Counted from the first letter of the stretch, positions 9,141 to 19,750 are shown. The stretch: 64,000 nucleotides of DNA from an uncultured Verrucomicrobiota bacterium (GCA_942490575.1 CALNYA010000048.1:28179-92178); one strand, 5' to 3'. Numbers and translations are program-made. The notes: generated from the sequence alone by a model not told the origin.

Positions 9141-9321
9141 TCTGACCATTGCCGTCCTTGTAGACGTATTTGCTTTCGACGCGCTTGGGTTTGGAAGGGG
9201 TGATGATTTTGGCTCCGTTCGTCGTGGTGATGACGTACCGCCCGGAGCAACCCGTCAGGAGGGACAACGTGGCCAGGGCGATGAGGAGGGCCCGGGGTGC
9301 GCCGGTCTGCAAGAATCTCAT
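9049..9321 (-). CDS. Small lipoprotein, YgdI/YgdR (DUF903)-like
   Basis: 90 aa. Signal peptide with lipobox LLTGC, followed by SGRYVITTTNGAKI...YVYKDGNGQIIEI, which resembles E. coli YgdI/YgdR. Confidence 0.6.
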   Translation of the reverse strand: MRFLQTGAPRALLIALATLSLLTGCSGRYVITTTNGAKIITPSKPKRVESKYVYKDGNGQIIEIPAMRVRVIEPYSKEAAGTLPRNPDLQ

Positions 9322-9473
9322 GGGCGCATGATTGCGCCTTGGGTCGGGCGGATCTCAATTCCAAAACCCCGCCTGATCGATTCAGCGGGAAGGGGGAAAT
9401 CGACGGGGGAGCCGGCGCGACCGATGTGCCGCCGACTTTCAGTCGGCTTGGGTGTCGGGGAGGGAAGAAAAGT

Positions 9474-9558
9474 TGGTGCGCACGGCAGGACTTGAACCTG
9501 CACGCCTTGCGGCACTACCACCTCAAAGTAGCGCGTCTGCCAATTCCGCCACGTGCGC
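9474..9558 (-). tRNA. tRNA-Leu (anticodon GAG), type II with long variable arm, CCA encoded
   Basis: Reverse complement is GCGCACGTGGCGGAATTGGCAGACGCGCTACTTTGAGGTGGTAGTGCCGCAAGGCGTGCAGGTTCAAGTCCTGCCGTGCGCACCA. It has a 7-bp acceptor stem, anticodon stem CTACT/GGTAG with loop TTGAGGT, T-loop GGTTCAAGTCC and a 3' CCA. Confidence 0.9.
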
Positions 9559-9678
9559 GACCGGCCCGCTTGTTATGCGGTGGCGCGCTGGGTGCATGCA
9601 AGCGGGTTTTCGGAATGGAAGTTTCGACCGGGGAGGATTCATGCTCGACTGCGTCATCCGAATCCCATCCAAACACCT

Positions 9679-10437
9679 ATGAACCCGTTTTCTCCAACCC
9701 GTTCCTTGTTCCTGGGCCACCGTGGACACTCCTTTGCTATCCGAGCCGTGATGAGCTGCCTTCTGGCCGGGGCCTGCCTTGTCGCGCGGGGCGCGGGCAA
9801 GGAACCCCCCGTCGTGACACCCGGCTCGTCCTTCAGCCACGGCGCGCCGCCCCCGGCGGACGCCATCGTGTTGTTTGACGGCCGGGACCTGGATGCATGG
9901 CGGTCCAAGGGCGACAAGCCCGCCGGTTGGAAGGTCGAGAACGGTTACGCCGAAGTCCGGAGCGGCGGGATTTTCACCAAAGAGGAGTTCGGCGACATCC
10001 AGTTGCACATCGAATGGGCGTCGCCGTCGGTGGTGACGGGCAAGGACCAGGGTCGGGGGAACAGCGGCGTGTATTTCCAGGGGCGCTATGAGATCCAGGT
10101 GCTGGATTCCTTCGAGAACCCGACCTACCCGGACGGCCAGGCCGGCTCCTTCTATGGCAACGCGGCGCCGTTGGTGAACGCCTCCCGGAAGCCAGGGGAA
10201 TGGCAGACCTACGATATCGTGTTTCATGCCCCGAAGCTGGATTCGGACGGCAAGGTGGTTCCCGGATCGTTCACCGTGTTTCACAACGGCGTCCTGGTGC
10301 AGGATCACGTGCCGATCAAAGGCACCGCGACCACCGCCGCGCCCGCCCAGGGTGTGGTGCCGATGGGGCAGTTGCACTTGCAGGATCATGGCAACCCGGT
10401 GCGCTATCGGAACATCTGGCTGCGCAAACTGAACTGA
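9679..10437 (+). CDS. DUF1080 (3-keto-disaccharide hydrolase-like) domain protein, secreted
   Basis: Start taken at ATG 9679 (MNPFSPTRS) within ORF 9553..10437. Has a signal peptide and the family-typical C-terminus [19 protein letters not shown]. Confidence 0.8.
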   Translation: MNPFSPTRSLFLGHRGHSFAIRAVMSCLLAGACLVARGAGKEPPVVTPGSSFSHGAPPPADAIVLFDGRDLDAWRSKGDKPAGWKVENGYAEVRSGGIFTKEEFGDIQLHIEWASPSVVTGKDQGRGNSGVYFQGRYEIQVLDSFENPTYPDGQAGSFYGNAAPLVNASRKPGEWQTYDIVFHAPKLDSDGKVVPGSFTVFHNGVLVQDHVPIKGTATTAAPAQGVVPMGQLHLQDHGNPVRYRNIWLRKLN

Positions 10438-10443
10438 TCCTAA

Positions 10444-10600
10444 AAACGGCGGCAACGACCACGGAAAAAGCGGAAAGCACGGAATGAATGAGAGTGAGTT
10501 GCGGAACGAGCGCTGGTCGCGCTCCAAAGGATACCCATCGCCTTTCCAAATCCCTCCTCTTCCGTGTGTTCCGAGCCTTCCGCGGTTGAAACTGCCGTTT
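10444..10600. repeat. Imperfect about 157-nt palindromic element with periodic CGGAA motifs
   Basis: The arms are 10444-10484 and 10560-10600, with roughly 28 of 41 positions complementary by eye. Each arm has three CGGAA/CACGGAA motifs at about 9-10 nt spacing. The centre contains hairpin GAGCGC-TGGTC-GCGCTC. The element fills the convergent gap between the DUF1080 and kinase genes. Confidence 0.55.
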
Positions 10601-10619
10601 CCAGGCTGATCCAGCGCCG

Positions 10620-13600
10620 CTAGGTCTCCCTGGCCGAACAGTTCCGGGCCAGGGCCGCCGCCGCCGCATGGTTGAACGCGTCGATCTCCGCTTCGATCCG
10701 GGAGAAGTCCTGGTCGCCGGCGAGCCGTCCATTCGCGGACTTGAGGGCGCGCAGCGACTCCTGGATCGCGCCGAGGTCGCCGTTGTCCAGGTTCTCGGCC
10801 AGTTCCAGGAACAGGCGGGCAAGGGCCGGATCCGGCGGGTTCGTTGACGCGGCGGGGCCTGGTTTGGAGGCGGTTTCCTGGGCGGAAGGAGCCGACTGGG
10901 CGCGCAGTTCCGCGAGGATATCGAGGCCTTCGAAGACCCGGGCGGCCTCGGCACCGAGTTCGGTCACCATGGCTGGCAGATTGCCCTTCCCGTATTTCAC
11001 CGCGAGTTCGATCGTTTTCGCGAGCCGGCGCAATTCATGGGCCGAGAGGTTTCCCGCCGCGCCGGCCAGGGAATGGGCCAGACGCCGCGTTGCCTCGCCG
11101 TCCTCGCCTTCGATGGCTTCCCGAAGCTGGTTCACGACCTGGCGTTGGCCCCTGCCAAACTGAAGGAGCATGGTTTCGATCACTTCTTTCGGGAGTCCGA
11201 GACGTCGGATGGCATCGTCGAGGTCGATTCCCGGAAGGCGCCCGGAGGCGACGAGTTCACGGGCCGGGAGTTCGGTGATGGGCTCGGCTGTCGGCAGGAG
11301 ATCAAGCTGCGGGTCGACGGCCGGTCTCCGTCGGGGGCGCCGCCGGGGCGCGGCGGGCGGCTTGTGGGAACGGAGGATGTCGTCGGACGCGGGGCCGGAT
11401 TCGAGCGAGGTCGAGTCCTCGGCGACGAAGGAGACGCCTTCGATGGGTGGACTGGGCTCGGTGACGGAGTCGCTGACCGGGTCATCCAGCGGCGAGGGCG
11501 GCGCGGTGTGCGGGCCTTCCTCGGCCGGTGCATCGGGAACGTCGGTCGCCGGGGCGGGATCGGACAAGGAAATGGCATTGGGAACCCCTTCGGGCGCGGC
11601 ATCCGGCGGGCGTGTCGGTTTTTCCTCCAGCCATCGGCGGAGGAGGGCGACGAGGAGGGCGCGGTCGATGGGTTTGGCGAGGTAGTCGTCCATTCCCGCG
11701 GCGAGGCAGGCGTCGACGTCGCTCTTCAGGGCGTTCGCGGTCAGCGCGATGATGGGGAGGGTCAGGTCGGGATGCGCCGCTCGGATTTGCCGAGTGGCAT
11801 CCAAGCCGTCGACTCTGGGCATCTGCATGTCCATGAGGACGAGATCGAACTTCCCGGTCGCGACCATTTCGATGGCTTCGGCGCCGTCCCCGGCGATTTC
11901 GACCGTGGCGCCCGCTCGGGTGAGGAGTTCGCGCGCGACCAGCTGATTGGCTTCGTTGTCCTCGGCGACGAGGATATGCCGGCCCTTGAATAGGGTTCCC
12001 GTGGCGTCGTTGGCCGGGGTGCTCGTGAGGAGTTCGGGGCGCAGTCCGGTGGCGCGGACTATGGCGTCGAGGAGCAGGGATCCGGTGATTGGCTTGGGGA
12101 TGAAGGCATGGATTCCGACGGATTGCGCGGAGCGCTCCGCTTCCTCTCCCGCGTAGGCGCTGACCATGATGACCGGGAGGCCGCCCTTTCCGGGAAGATT
12201 CCGGATTTCGCGGGTGAGGTCGACGCCGTTGGTGTCGGGGAGGAGCCAGTCGACGATGAGCAGTCCAAACGGTTGATCGTCTCCCGGGTGATGCAGTCGG
12301 CTGAGGGCATCGGAACCTGTGGCGACAGCCTCGGCCTGGAGTCCGAAGCGGGTGAGGAGGGAGAGGAGCAGTTCGCGGCTGATCTCGTTGTCCTCGACGA
12401 TCAGGGCGCGGGTGTTCTGGAGGCCGCCTGGAAGCGTGGAGTCCTGGGGCGGGGCGGCGGAGCCGGAGGCGCGACCGAATTGGGCGGTGAAGCTGAACTC
12501 GCTTCCTCGACCGGGCTCGCTGGTGACGGCGATGGAACCCCGCATGAGGCCGACGAGGCGTTTGGAGATCGCAAGTCCGAGGCCGGTGCCGCCGTACTTC
12601 CTGGACGTGGACGTGTCGGCCTGGCTGAAGGCGCTGAACAGGGAGGCGAGCTTTTCGGGCGGGATGCCGATCCCGGTGTCGCGGACGGAGAATCGGAGGG
12701 CGACCGGGGAGGACGGGTGCTGGATGATCGACGACCCGGGATCGGGAGGAGCCTCCTCGGCTTCGGCGGCGGGACTCGATTCGCGCGGGGCCAACGCGAC
12801 ACGCACGACGATGTCGCCGCGTTCGGTGAACTTGAACGCGTTGCCGAGGAGGTTGATGAGGACCTGCCGGAGGCGAAGCGTGTCGCCGATCAGGGCGTCG
12901 GGAACTTCGTCGGCGACCAGGGCGGCGAATTCGAGGCGGGTTTCGAGGACGCGTCCGCGGAACGAATCGGCGACTTCCTCGACGAGTTGGCGGAGGCCGA
13001 AGGGGGCGGCTTCGAGTTCGAGGCGGTCGGCCTCGATTTTGGAGAAGTCGAGGATGTCGTTGAGGAGGGCGAGGAGGCTTCTTGCCGAGGAATGCGCGAC
13101 GGAGACGTACTGGCGTTGGCGGGGTGAGAGTTCGGATTCCAGCGCGAGCGCGGTCATGTTGATGATCGCGTTCATGGGGGTGCGGATCTCGTGGCTCATG
13201 GCGGCGACGAAACCGCTCTTGGCGCGGTTCGCGGCCTCCGCGGCGTCGCGGGCTCGGGCGAGTTCCTGCTGGGTCAGTTTGATTTCGGTGATATCCGTGG
13301 AAACCCCGGCGAGGGCGTACATCCTCCCATCCGGATCGAAGAGGGGGAATTTGTGGGCCAGGAAGTAGCGGGGCTTGCCATCGACGTCGGTGGCCGCCTC
13401 GGTGACTCGGGGAAGGCCATCCTTGAGGATCTCCGATTCGCTGGCGCTGAAGGCGGCGGCGGACTCCGACGGAAAGATGTCGTGGACGGTGCGGCCCAGC
13501 AGCTCCGAAGCGGGGCGCTTGAGGAGATCCACGTAGAGGCGGTTGACGAAGAGGTAGCGGCCGGAGAGGTCCTTGACGAAGATGAACGCCTCGGCGTTGT

Positions 13601-14864
13601 CGGTGACGCTTTGAAGGAGATTCTGGGAGCGGCGCAGTTCCTCCTCGGCCGCCTTGCGGTCGGTGATGTCGACGAGAAGCCCGATCAGACCTCCGGCGCA
13701 ACCGTCGGCGTGGCAGAAGCCGTCGACGGAATAGAGGGTGACGTGGGGTTCGCCATCGGCGAAGAGGATGGGGAGTTCGTAGGTGCGGCGGCCGCGGGAG
13801 TCGATGACCTCCTGGTCCTCGATGTGGAAGCGAGCCGCGTCCTCCGGGGGGATGTACTCGAGGTCGAGGACGGTTTTGCCTTTGAGATGAGCCGACGTGG
13901 TCGCGAAGGCCTGTTCGTAGGCGCGGTTGCAGCCGACGAACCGGGCGTCGGCGTCCTTGATGAAGATCGGATAGGGGATGGTGTCGATCAGGGCCTTCTG
14001 AAAGGCGACGCGGTTGGCGAGTTGCGATTCGCTTTTCTGTAGTCGGACGAGGGTTTCGCGCTCCTCCTCCTCCAGTTGCTTCTTCTGGACGAGGTTTCCG
14101 CGGAAAATGCCCAGCGCGGAGGCGAGGAGCCCGATCTCGTCGGTGCGACCGCCGCCTGGGATATCGAGGTGGGTGTCTCCGGCGATGAGGCGGCGGACCG
14201 AGAGTACGAGGTCGTTGAGGGGCCTGCCGATGGAGCGCCAGACCCAGAGTTGGGCGAGGATGAGACCCGCGGCGAGAGCGAGGACGGAGGCGAAGAGGGT
14301 ACGGCGGATGACCCGGTTGGCGGTGGCTTCGCGGGTCTTGGCGCCGTCGAGCATACTGGCCCGGATGTGCTGGCTGAGGGCTTGGAAGTAGTTCTGGAGC
14401 CGGTCGAGGCGGGGGCCGAAATCGGATTGGAACAGGGCGCGGGCGCGGTCGGCGGGGCCGATCTGTCCGAGGGTTCGGGTGGCGGAGAGGAGGAGGCTGT
14501 CGAAGGCTCGCAGGATGTCGGCGGCGGCGGAGTCGAAATTGGGGACGGACTGCCGGAGTTCGAGGATGTCCTCGGTCATGCGGGCGCGGATCGACGCGAT
14601 TTCGCGGTCGAGGCGGGCGGCTTCCTGAGGCGTCGCGGCGCCTGCTTTCTGGAACGTGAGGCGGGCGGCATTGTGGACGTTGACGTTCATCCGTGGGATG
14701 ACGAGGAGGGCGCGGGCGTCCTTGTCGAACATGCGGACGTACCTGCCCTCGACTTCGCCGAGGCGCACGAACGCGATCACGGTGACGACGATCAGGATCG
14801 CCCCGAGGCTGGCGAGCAGAAGGGTGATCTTGCGGGAGAGGGTCAGTGAGCCGGTGGACATCAT
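10620..14864 (-). CDS. Hybrid sensor histidine kinase (TM-sensor, HAMP, 2x PAS, HisKA-HATPase, 2x receiver, Pro-rich linker, Hpt)
   Basis: The true start is ATGATG at 14864 (MMSTGSLTLSRK). The first 281 aa of track ORF 10620..15707 are an out-of-frame read across the cyclase gene. Motifs are H-box SHEIRTPMN, G-box GTGLGLAISKRL, receivers LIVDWLLPDTNG and VLMDMQMPRVDG, and Hpt HSLAGAAGNL. Confidence 0.9.
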   Translation of the reverse strand: MMSTGSLTLSRKITLLLASLGAILIVVTVIAFVRLGEVEGRYVRMFDKDARALLVIPRMNVNVHNAARLTFQKAGAATPQEAARLDREIASIRARMTEDILELRQSVPNFDSAAADILRAFDSLLLSATRTLGQIGPADRARALFQSDFGPRLDRLQNYFQALSQHIRASMLDGAKTREATANRVIRRTLFASVLALAAGLILAQLWVWRSIGRPLNDLVLSVRRLIAGDTHLDIPGGGRTDEIGLLASALGIFRGNLVQKKQLEEEERETLVRLQKSESQLANRVAFQKALIDTIPYPIFIKDADARFVGCNRAYEQAFATTSAHLKGKTVLDLEYIPPEDAARFHIEDQEVIDSRGRRTYELPILFADGEPHVTLYSVDGFCHADGCAGGLIGLLVDITDRKAAEEELRRSQNLLQSVTDNAEAFIFVKDLSGRYLFVNRLYVDLLKRPASELLGRTVHDIFPSESAAAFSASESEILKDGLPRVTEAATDVDGKPRYFLAHKFPLFDPDGRMYALAGVSTDITEIKLTQQELARARDAAEAANRAKSGFVAAMSHEIRTPMNAIINMTALALESELSPRQRQYVSVAHSSARSLLALLNDILDFSKIEADRLELEAAPFGLRQLVEEVADSFRGRVLETRLEFAALVADEVPDALIGDTLRLRQVLINLLGNAFKFTERGDIVVRVALAPRESSPAAEAEEAPPDPGSSIIQHPSSPVALRFSVRDTGIGIPPEKLASLFSAFSQADTSTSRKYGGTGLGLAISKRLVGLMRGSIAVTSEPGRGSEFSFTAQFGRASGSAAPPQDSTLPGGLQNTRALIVEDNEISRELLLSLLTRFGLQAEAVATGSDALSRLHHPGDDQPFGLLIVDWLLPDTNGVDLTREIRNLPGKGGLPVIMVSAYAGEEAERSAQSVGIHAFIPKPITGSLLLDAIVRATGLRPELLTSTPANDATGTLFKGRHILVAEDNEANQLVARELLTRAGATVEIAGDGAEAIEMVATGKFDLVLMDMQMPRVDGLDATRQIRAAHPDLTLPIIALTANALKSDVDACLAAGMDDYLAKPIDRALLVALLRRWLEEKPTRPPDAAPEGVPNAISLSDPAPATDVPDAPAEEGPHTAPPSPLDDPVSDSVTEPSPPIEGVSFVAEDSTSLESGPASDDILRSHKPPAAPRRRPRRRPAVDPQLDLLPTAEPITELPARELVASGRLPGIDLDDAIRRLGLPKEVIETMLLQFGRGQRQVVNQLREAIEGEDGEATRRLAHSLAGAAGNLSAHELRRLAKTIELAVKYGKGNLPAMVTELGAEAARVFEGLDILAELRAQSAPSAQETASKPGPAASTNPPDPALARLFLELAENLDNGDLGAIQESLRALKSANGRLAGDQDFSRIEAEIDAFNHAAAAALARNCSARET

Positions 14865-15907
14865 GGGGACGATTCGGCTGGGGTGGTGGCGGGCGAGGCG
14901 GCCCAGAATGCCGGGACGGGGCGCGCGATGCCGCGGAGCGTGACGGGGCCGTGGTCGTCGCACTGGAACTCGGGGCCGAGCAGGTTTCGGGTGGCCTCCG
15001 AGAGGAGGATCCCGCCGGGTTGGGAGGCGGCCTGGAGGCGGGAGGCGACGTTCACGACCGTGCCGATGATGGTGTAGTTGACCTGCTCCTCGCTTCCGAA
15101 GTTGCCGACGACGCATTCGCCGGAGTGAATTCCGATGCGGATCAGGGTCTCGCGGCGGCGGGCGGCTTCCAGCATCTCGCCGGCCATGCGCAGGCAGCGG
15201 CGAGCATCCTCCTCGGGGCCGGAGCTCGATGGATCCCCGAAAAAGACCATGACCGCGTCCCCGATGAACTTGTCGAGAGTGCCTCCGTGGCGTTGGGCGA
15301 CCTGAGCCATCTCGTCGAGGTAATCGTTCAGCCAGGAGGCGAGTTCCCCGTCGCCCATCGCCTCGGTGCGGGCGGTGAACCCGACGATGTCGGAAAAAAA
15401 GACGGTGAGCGGCCGGCGGCGCGTTTCGCGTCGAACCTCGCGTTCCCCCGAGAAAATCATCTCGTGGACCTGCGGGGAGAGGTAGCGCGCGAGTTGCCGG
15501 GCGAGGGTGGAAATCTTGAGTCGAGCGGCGCGGAGTTGGACGTGGGTCTGGACGCGGGAGAGCAGTTCGGCCGCATTGAAGGGTTTGGTCACGTAGTCCA
15601 CGGCGCCGAGTTCGAATCCCTTGAGGATGTCGGCGGCTTCGCGGCTGGCGGTCAGAAAGATGATGGGGATTTCGCGCAGGGCGGGATTCGCCTTGAACCT
15701 CCGGCACGCCTCGAAGCCGTCCATTTCCGGCATCACCAGGTCGAGGAGGATGAGATCGGGAGGGAGGCGCTGCGCGATTTCCAGTCCCTGCGAACCCGAG
15801 CGGGCGACGCTGACCGCGAACTCGGCACCCCGCAAAATGGTCGAAACGACCTGGAGATTCTCCGTGGTGTCGTCGACGACGAGGATGCGGGCCGGGGGAG
15901 GGTTCAT
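14861..15907 (-). CDS. Response regulator receiver fused to class III adenylate/guanylate cyclase
   Basis: Start at ATG 15907 ([13 protein letters not shown]). Receiver Asp lies in LILLDLVMPEMDG. Cyclase motifs are VFFSDIVGFT, FIGDAVMVFFG and IGIHSGECVVGNFG. ATGA overlaps join it to both neighbouring genes. Confidence 0.9.
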   Translation of the reverse strand: MNPPPARILVVDDTTENLQVVSTILRGAEFAVSVARSGSQGLEIAQRLPPDLILLDLVMPEMDGFEACRRFKANPALREIPIIFLTASREAADILKGFELGAVDYVTKPFNAAELLSRVQTHVQLRAARLKISTLARQLARYLSPQVHEMIFSGEREVRRETRRRPLTVFFSDIVGFTARTEAMGDGELASWLNDYLDEMAQVAQRHGGTLDKFIGDAVMVFFGDPSSSGPEEDARRCLRMAGEMLEAARRRETLIRIGIHSGECVVGNFGSEEQVNYTIIGTVVNVASRLQAASQPGGILLSEATRNLLGPEFQCDDHGPVTLRGIARPVPAFWAASPATTPAESSP

Positions 15908-17610
15908 CGGGGGCCGATGGCGTGCAGGTCGGTCATGGTGGCGACGTACAGGAACCCGTTGGCGGCGACGGTGGTGGCGCTGATCGGGCTTCCGAGGTTC
16001 AGGGTGGCCAACTCGATCTTCTCGCGGCCGGCGGCGAGGATATGGAAGACGCCCCGGCGGGTACCGAGGTGGACCTTTCCGTCGGCCACGAAGGGCGAGG
16101 CCCATGTCTCGCCCTGAAGCTCGTGGGTCCAGAGGCGGCGGCCTGTTTCGGCGTCGACGCAGTGGAGGTTCTGGCTGCAATCCGAAACGAAGACGAGGCC
16201 CTGGTGGACGGCGGCGGTGGAGAACGTGTGACGGACGACGGGGCTGGTCCATTGGAGGACGGGTTGTCCGGTGCGGAGATCGATGCACTTGAGCCAGGCG
16301 GCGTTCTTGCCCCACCAGAGGTCTCCACCCCCGGCGAGGTAGACGCGGCCCTCATGGAAGACGGGAGCGCCGTAAAAATTGCTGGGGCCCTCCTGCTTGT
16401 TGAGGTGGAAGCGGTGGACGTCGGTCTTGGGAGCCTCCGGATCGAAGTCGAATACCCACGCCTTGCGCAGGCTGGCCGGGGAGATTCCCTGGGAATCCGG
16501 CGCGGCGGTCTCCCAGGGTTCGAAGGCGTAGAGGTGGCCGTTCCCCGCGGCGAAAAGAATCTGGTCGCGGTCCTGAACCCGGGCCAGGGCGGGCGGCGCC
16601 CAGGTGGAGTGAAAGATGTTGGCGCCGATCCCCTCGCGGTCCCGGGCGAGGTATTTTCCGGTTCGCTTGTCGAGGACGACGAGGCTTGGGGCGTCGGGAC
16701 GTCGGATCCGCCGGTGGGTGTTGTCCACGCCGGTCCCCGTGTTGAGGTAGAGATGGTCGCCGCGGATCAGGATGGAACTGTGGGAGGCGTCGTGGGACCA
16801 GATGCCGGCGCCGCTGGTGAGGTCGAAGAACCAGAGGATGTCCGCGTCCAGCGGACCGAGTTCGACCCGGTTCGGAGCCGGGACGCCGGGGGAGTCGCGA
16901 AGCGAACCGTCGGGAAGAAAGGCGGCGGGCGCGCCCTGGGCGAGATCGTTGGTGGGTTGGGGAGCGTAGTAGATGGATTCGTTGCGGAAGGGGCCGTCGT
17001 TTCCGTTCGCGAGCCCGTGGACGTCGAGGCAAAGGACGACACCGCGGTTGTCGACCACGTAGACGCGATCGCCTTCGGCGGTGGCCGTCGAGGAGATGCC
17101 GGCGTTCTTCCAGTCGAAGTAGACGTCCTCGACCCGCTTGGGGACCACCAGTTGCCAGAGGAGGCGGCCCGTGTCCTCCTCGAGCGCCATGAGGACCCCC
17201 CGGTCGCCGGCGTGGCGGGGGTCGCGGGGTTCCCCGTTGTTGGTCCCGACGAAGACCCGGCCGCGGGAGACGATGGGGGTCGAGTGGGTTTCGGTGCCGA
17301 GGCGCGCGGACCAGCGGATGTTCTCGCCCGTCTTGGGATTGAACGAAGCGGGAAAAGGGGCCTCGGCGGAAACCATGTTGCGGGACCACGCTTGCCCGAA
17401 CTGGGCGTGGTCCGCGGCGAATCCGGAAACGTGAACCGCCAGGAGCGGAAGGAAGGGAACGAAGGCCCGGAGCGGGGACCGCCTGGGGGGGGGAGGGATG
17501 GCCCCAGGAGGGTGGTGATGGTCCTGGGTCGAAGCGATGCCCGAGGCGCCGGCGGCTTCCGGCGGGATTCTCGCGCTATACGATGCCGGGGCGATCCGAG
17601 CGATCATCAC
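15904..17610 (-). CDS. PQQ-like (BamB-like) beta-propeller repeat protein, secreted
   Basis: 568 aa. A hydrophobic signal-like segment ([18 protein letters not shown]) follows an unusual 45-aa N-terminal extension. The repeated pattern (G.V...D..G..LW) is typical of PQQ-like propellers. The stop overlaps the cyclase start. Confidence 0.75.
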   Translation of the reverse strand: MMIARIAPASYSARIPPEAAGASGIASTQDHHHPPGAIPPPPRRSPLRAFVPFLPLLAVHVSGFAADHAQFGQAWSRNMVSAEAPFPASFNPKTGENIRWSARLGTETHSTPIVSRGRVFVGTNNGEPRDPRHAGDRGVLMALEEDTGRLLWQLVVPKRVEDVYFDWKNAGISSTATAEGDRVYVVDNRGVVLCLDVHGLANGNDGPFRNESIYYAPQPTNDLAQGAPAAFLPDGSLRDSPGVPAPNRVELGPLDADILWFFDLTSGAGIWSHDASHSSILIRGDHLYLNTGTGVDNTHRRIRRPDAPSLVVLDKRTGKYLARDREGIGANIFHSTWAPPALARVQDRDQILFAAGNGHLYAFEPWETAAPDSQGISPASLRKAWVFDFDPEAPKTDVHRFHLNKQEGPSNFYGAPVFHEGRVYLAGGGDLWWGKNAAWLKCIDLRTGQPVLQWTSPVVRHTFSTAAVHQGLVFVSDCSQNLHCVDAETGRRLWTHELQGETWASPFVADGKVHLGTRRGVFHILAAGREKIELATLNLGSPISATTVAANGFLYVATMTDLHAIGPR

Positions 17611-17664
17611 GCCCGGATTCTGGCGCGAACCGGGTCGGATCGCACGAATTGATTGCGGAGCGCG

Positions 17665-19713
17665 CTACTCGTGGCGGAGGGCTTCGATCGGGTCGAGTTG
17701 GGCGGCGGCGCGAGGCCGGGTAGAGGCCAAAGACGATGCCGATGGCGCCGGAGATTCCGAAGGCGAGGACGACGGACCACACGGTGACGATGGTCTTCAT
17801 GTCCGAAAGTTGAGAGACGAGGAAGGGGGTGAGGACGCCGACGACGACACCGATGAGTCCGCCGCCGACGGAGAGGACGACGGTTTCGACGAGGAACTGG
17901 CGTGGTGATGTCGCGGCGTTTGGCGCCCAGGGCGCGGCGGACGCCGATTTCGCGGGTGCGCTCGGTCACGGTGGCGAGCATGATGTTCATGATGCCGATG
18001 CCGCCGACGAGCAGGGAAATGGCGGCGATGGAGCCGAGCACGATGTTGAAGATGCGTTTGGTCTGCTCGGCCTGGCGCAGCAACTGCAGCGGCACGATGA
18101 CCTCGTAGTCGCGTTCTGATCGTGAAACCGGTCGAGCAGCGTCTGATCTGGGGATCGGCGGTTTCGACGGCGGCGATGTCCTCCATCTGGACGGTGATCT
18201 GGTGGAGCTCGACGCGCTCGGCCTCGAAGCTGCCGGCCGAGCGGCGAATGAGCATCTCGCCGAAGCGGGCTGCGAGACGTGGACGAGCGGGATGTAGACG
18301 TTGTTGTCGAGCGGTTCGCCCTCCATCTGGCCGGCCTGGGTGCGTTGGTCGTCCGTCGCTCGGCTCCTGGAGCGATGCCCACCACCCGGTAGTAGAACTG
18401 GTCGATCTTGACCGAGTGCTGCAGCGGATCCTGGTAGGGGAAGAGGCGCGGGCCAGGCCGACGGTCATGACGCAGACGTTGTTCTGGTGTTGTTCGTCCG
18501 AGTGGGCGAGGAAAGCGTCCGCCCGCACCAGCTCGGCGCCGACCACTTCGGTGTAGAACGGGAGCGTGCCGATGACCTGGCAGGGGATCTCGTTGCGGGC
18601 GAAGCGGACGTTTTCGCGGATGATCCGCATGGGGAGGACGCGGACGACACCGGGGATGGTGGTCTGGAGGCGGGCGCCATCGACGTAGGTGAGGCCGTAC
18701 TTGAGCTGACTGCCGCGGGAGCCGCCGCCGGTCTGGGCGCGGGCCTGTTCGGGCGGCTTCACGCTGCGGAGCAGGATGTTGTTGGACCCGAGTTTTTTGA
18801 TGGCCTCCTGGGCCTCGAACGAGGCGCCCTCGCCGATGGCGAGCATGGCGATGACCGAGCAGACGCCGAAGATGATGCCGAGCATGGTCAGCGCCGACCG
18901 CAGCTTGTGGAGCATCAGGCTCTTGATGCCGAGCTTGACGGTGCTGATGAACTGAAAGCGGATCATCATCGCGGTGACGGGGCCGTTTTGGGTGGGCCGC
19001 GGGGGGCGGTTGACGACCTCGCGATCGATCAGGCCATCCTTCATGTGGATGACCCGCTGGGCTCGGGCGGCCACGTTGTCGTCGTGGGTCACCGAGGACG
19101 ATGGTCTTGCCCTCGCTCGTTCAGGCGATCGATCAGGTCGAGGACCTCGGCGCCGGTCTTGGAGTCCAGGTTGCCGGTGGGTTCGTCGGCCAGCAGGATG
19201 GCGGGCTTGCCGATCAGGGCCCGGGCGATGGCCACGCGCTGCCTCTGGCCGCCGGAGAGCTGGTTGGGCCGGTGATCGAGCCGGTCGCTGAGCCCCACCA
19301 GCTCGGCGAGTTCCACGCAGCGCTCTTGGGACTGTCGGAGGTCTTGCCCTGGTAGAACAGGGGCACCTGGATGTTCTCCAGCACGGTGAGCTGGGCGATC
19401 AGGTTGTAGGACTGGAAGATGAAACCGATCTTCTTGCCTCGAGCCTCGGACAGTTGGTCGTCGGGCATTTGGGAGACGTCCTCGCCTCCGAGCCAGTAAT
19501 TGCCGGCGGATGGGCGGTCGAGGCATCCGAGGATGTTGAGCATCGTGGATTTGCCGGATCCGGACGGGCCCATGATGGCCAGGTAGGAGCCGCGTTCGAC
19601 CTTCAGATTCGACGCCGCGCAAGGCGCGCACCCGGTTCTCGCCGCCCAATCTCGTAGGTCTTCTCGAGGCCGCGGATGCGGATCATCAGTTCCTGGTCGG
19701 TCCCGGTGCTCAT
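17665..19713 (-). pseudogene. macB: MacB-type ABC efflux ATPase-permease (ABC + FtsX), reading frame broken at least 12 times
   Basis: Pieces lie in all three frames (track ORFs 19089..19649, 19214..19573, 17797..19092, 17987..18385, 17607..18326, 17576..17800). Stitched together they give Walker [42 protein letters not shown], FtsX helices and the C-terminus [19 protein letters not shown]. Start is ATG 19713 and stop is TAG 17665. Confidence 0.8.
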
Positions 19714-19750
19714 GGTCGGTTCGCGGTAGGGTCTCCAGGTCGGGCGTGCG

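Noticed and set aside
9322-9678. Integrated element or genomic island at tRNA-Leu
   Set aside because: There is no integrase, no direct repeat of the tRNA 3' end, and no foreign-looking genes on either side. The neighbours are a small lipoprotein gene and a DUF1080 gene.
11180-11700. Separate small gene or mobile insert in the Pro-rich segment of the hybrid kinase
   Set aside because: The frame is continuous from the second receiver through the Pro/Asp/Ser-rich spacer into the Hpt domain. It is a low-complexity linker, not an insertion with its own ORF or repeats.
14865-15707. N-terminal 281 aa of the 1695-aa track ORF 10620..15707
   Set aside because: This stretch is Arg/Pro-rich nonsense produced by reading the receiver-cyclase gene in another frame. 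The kinase has a clean start (ATGATG at 14864, MMSTGSLTL) that overlaps the cyclase stop.
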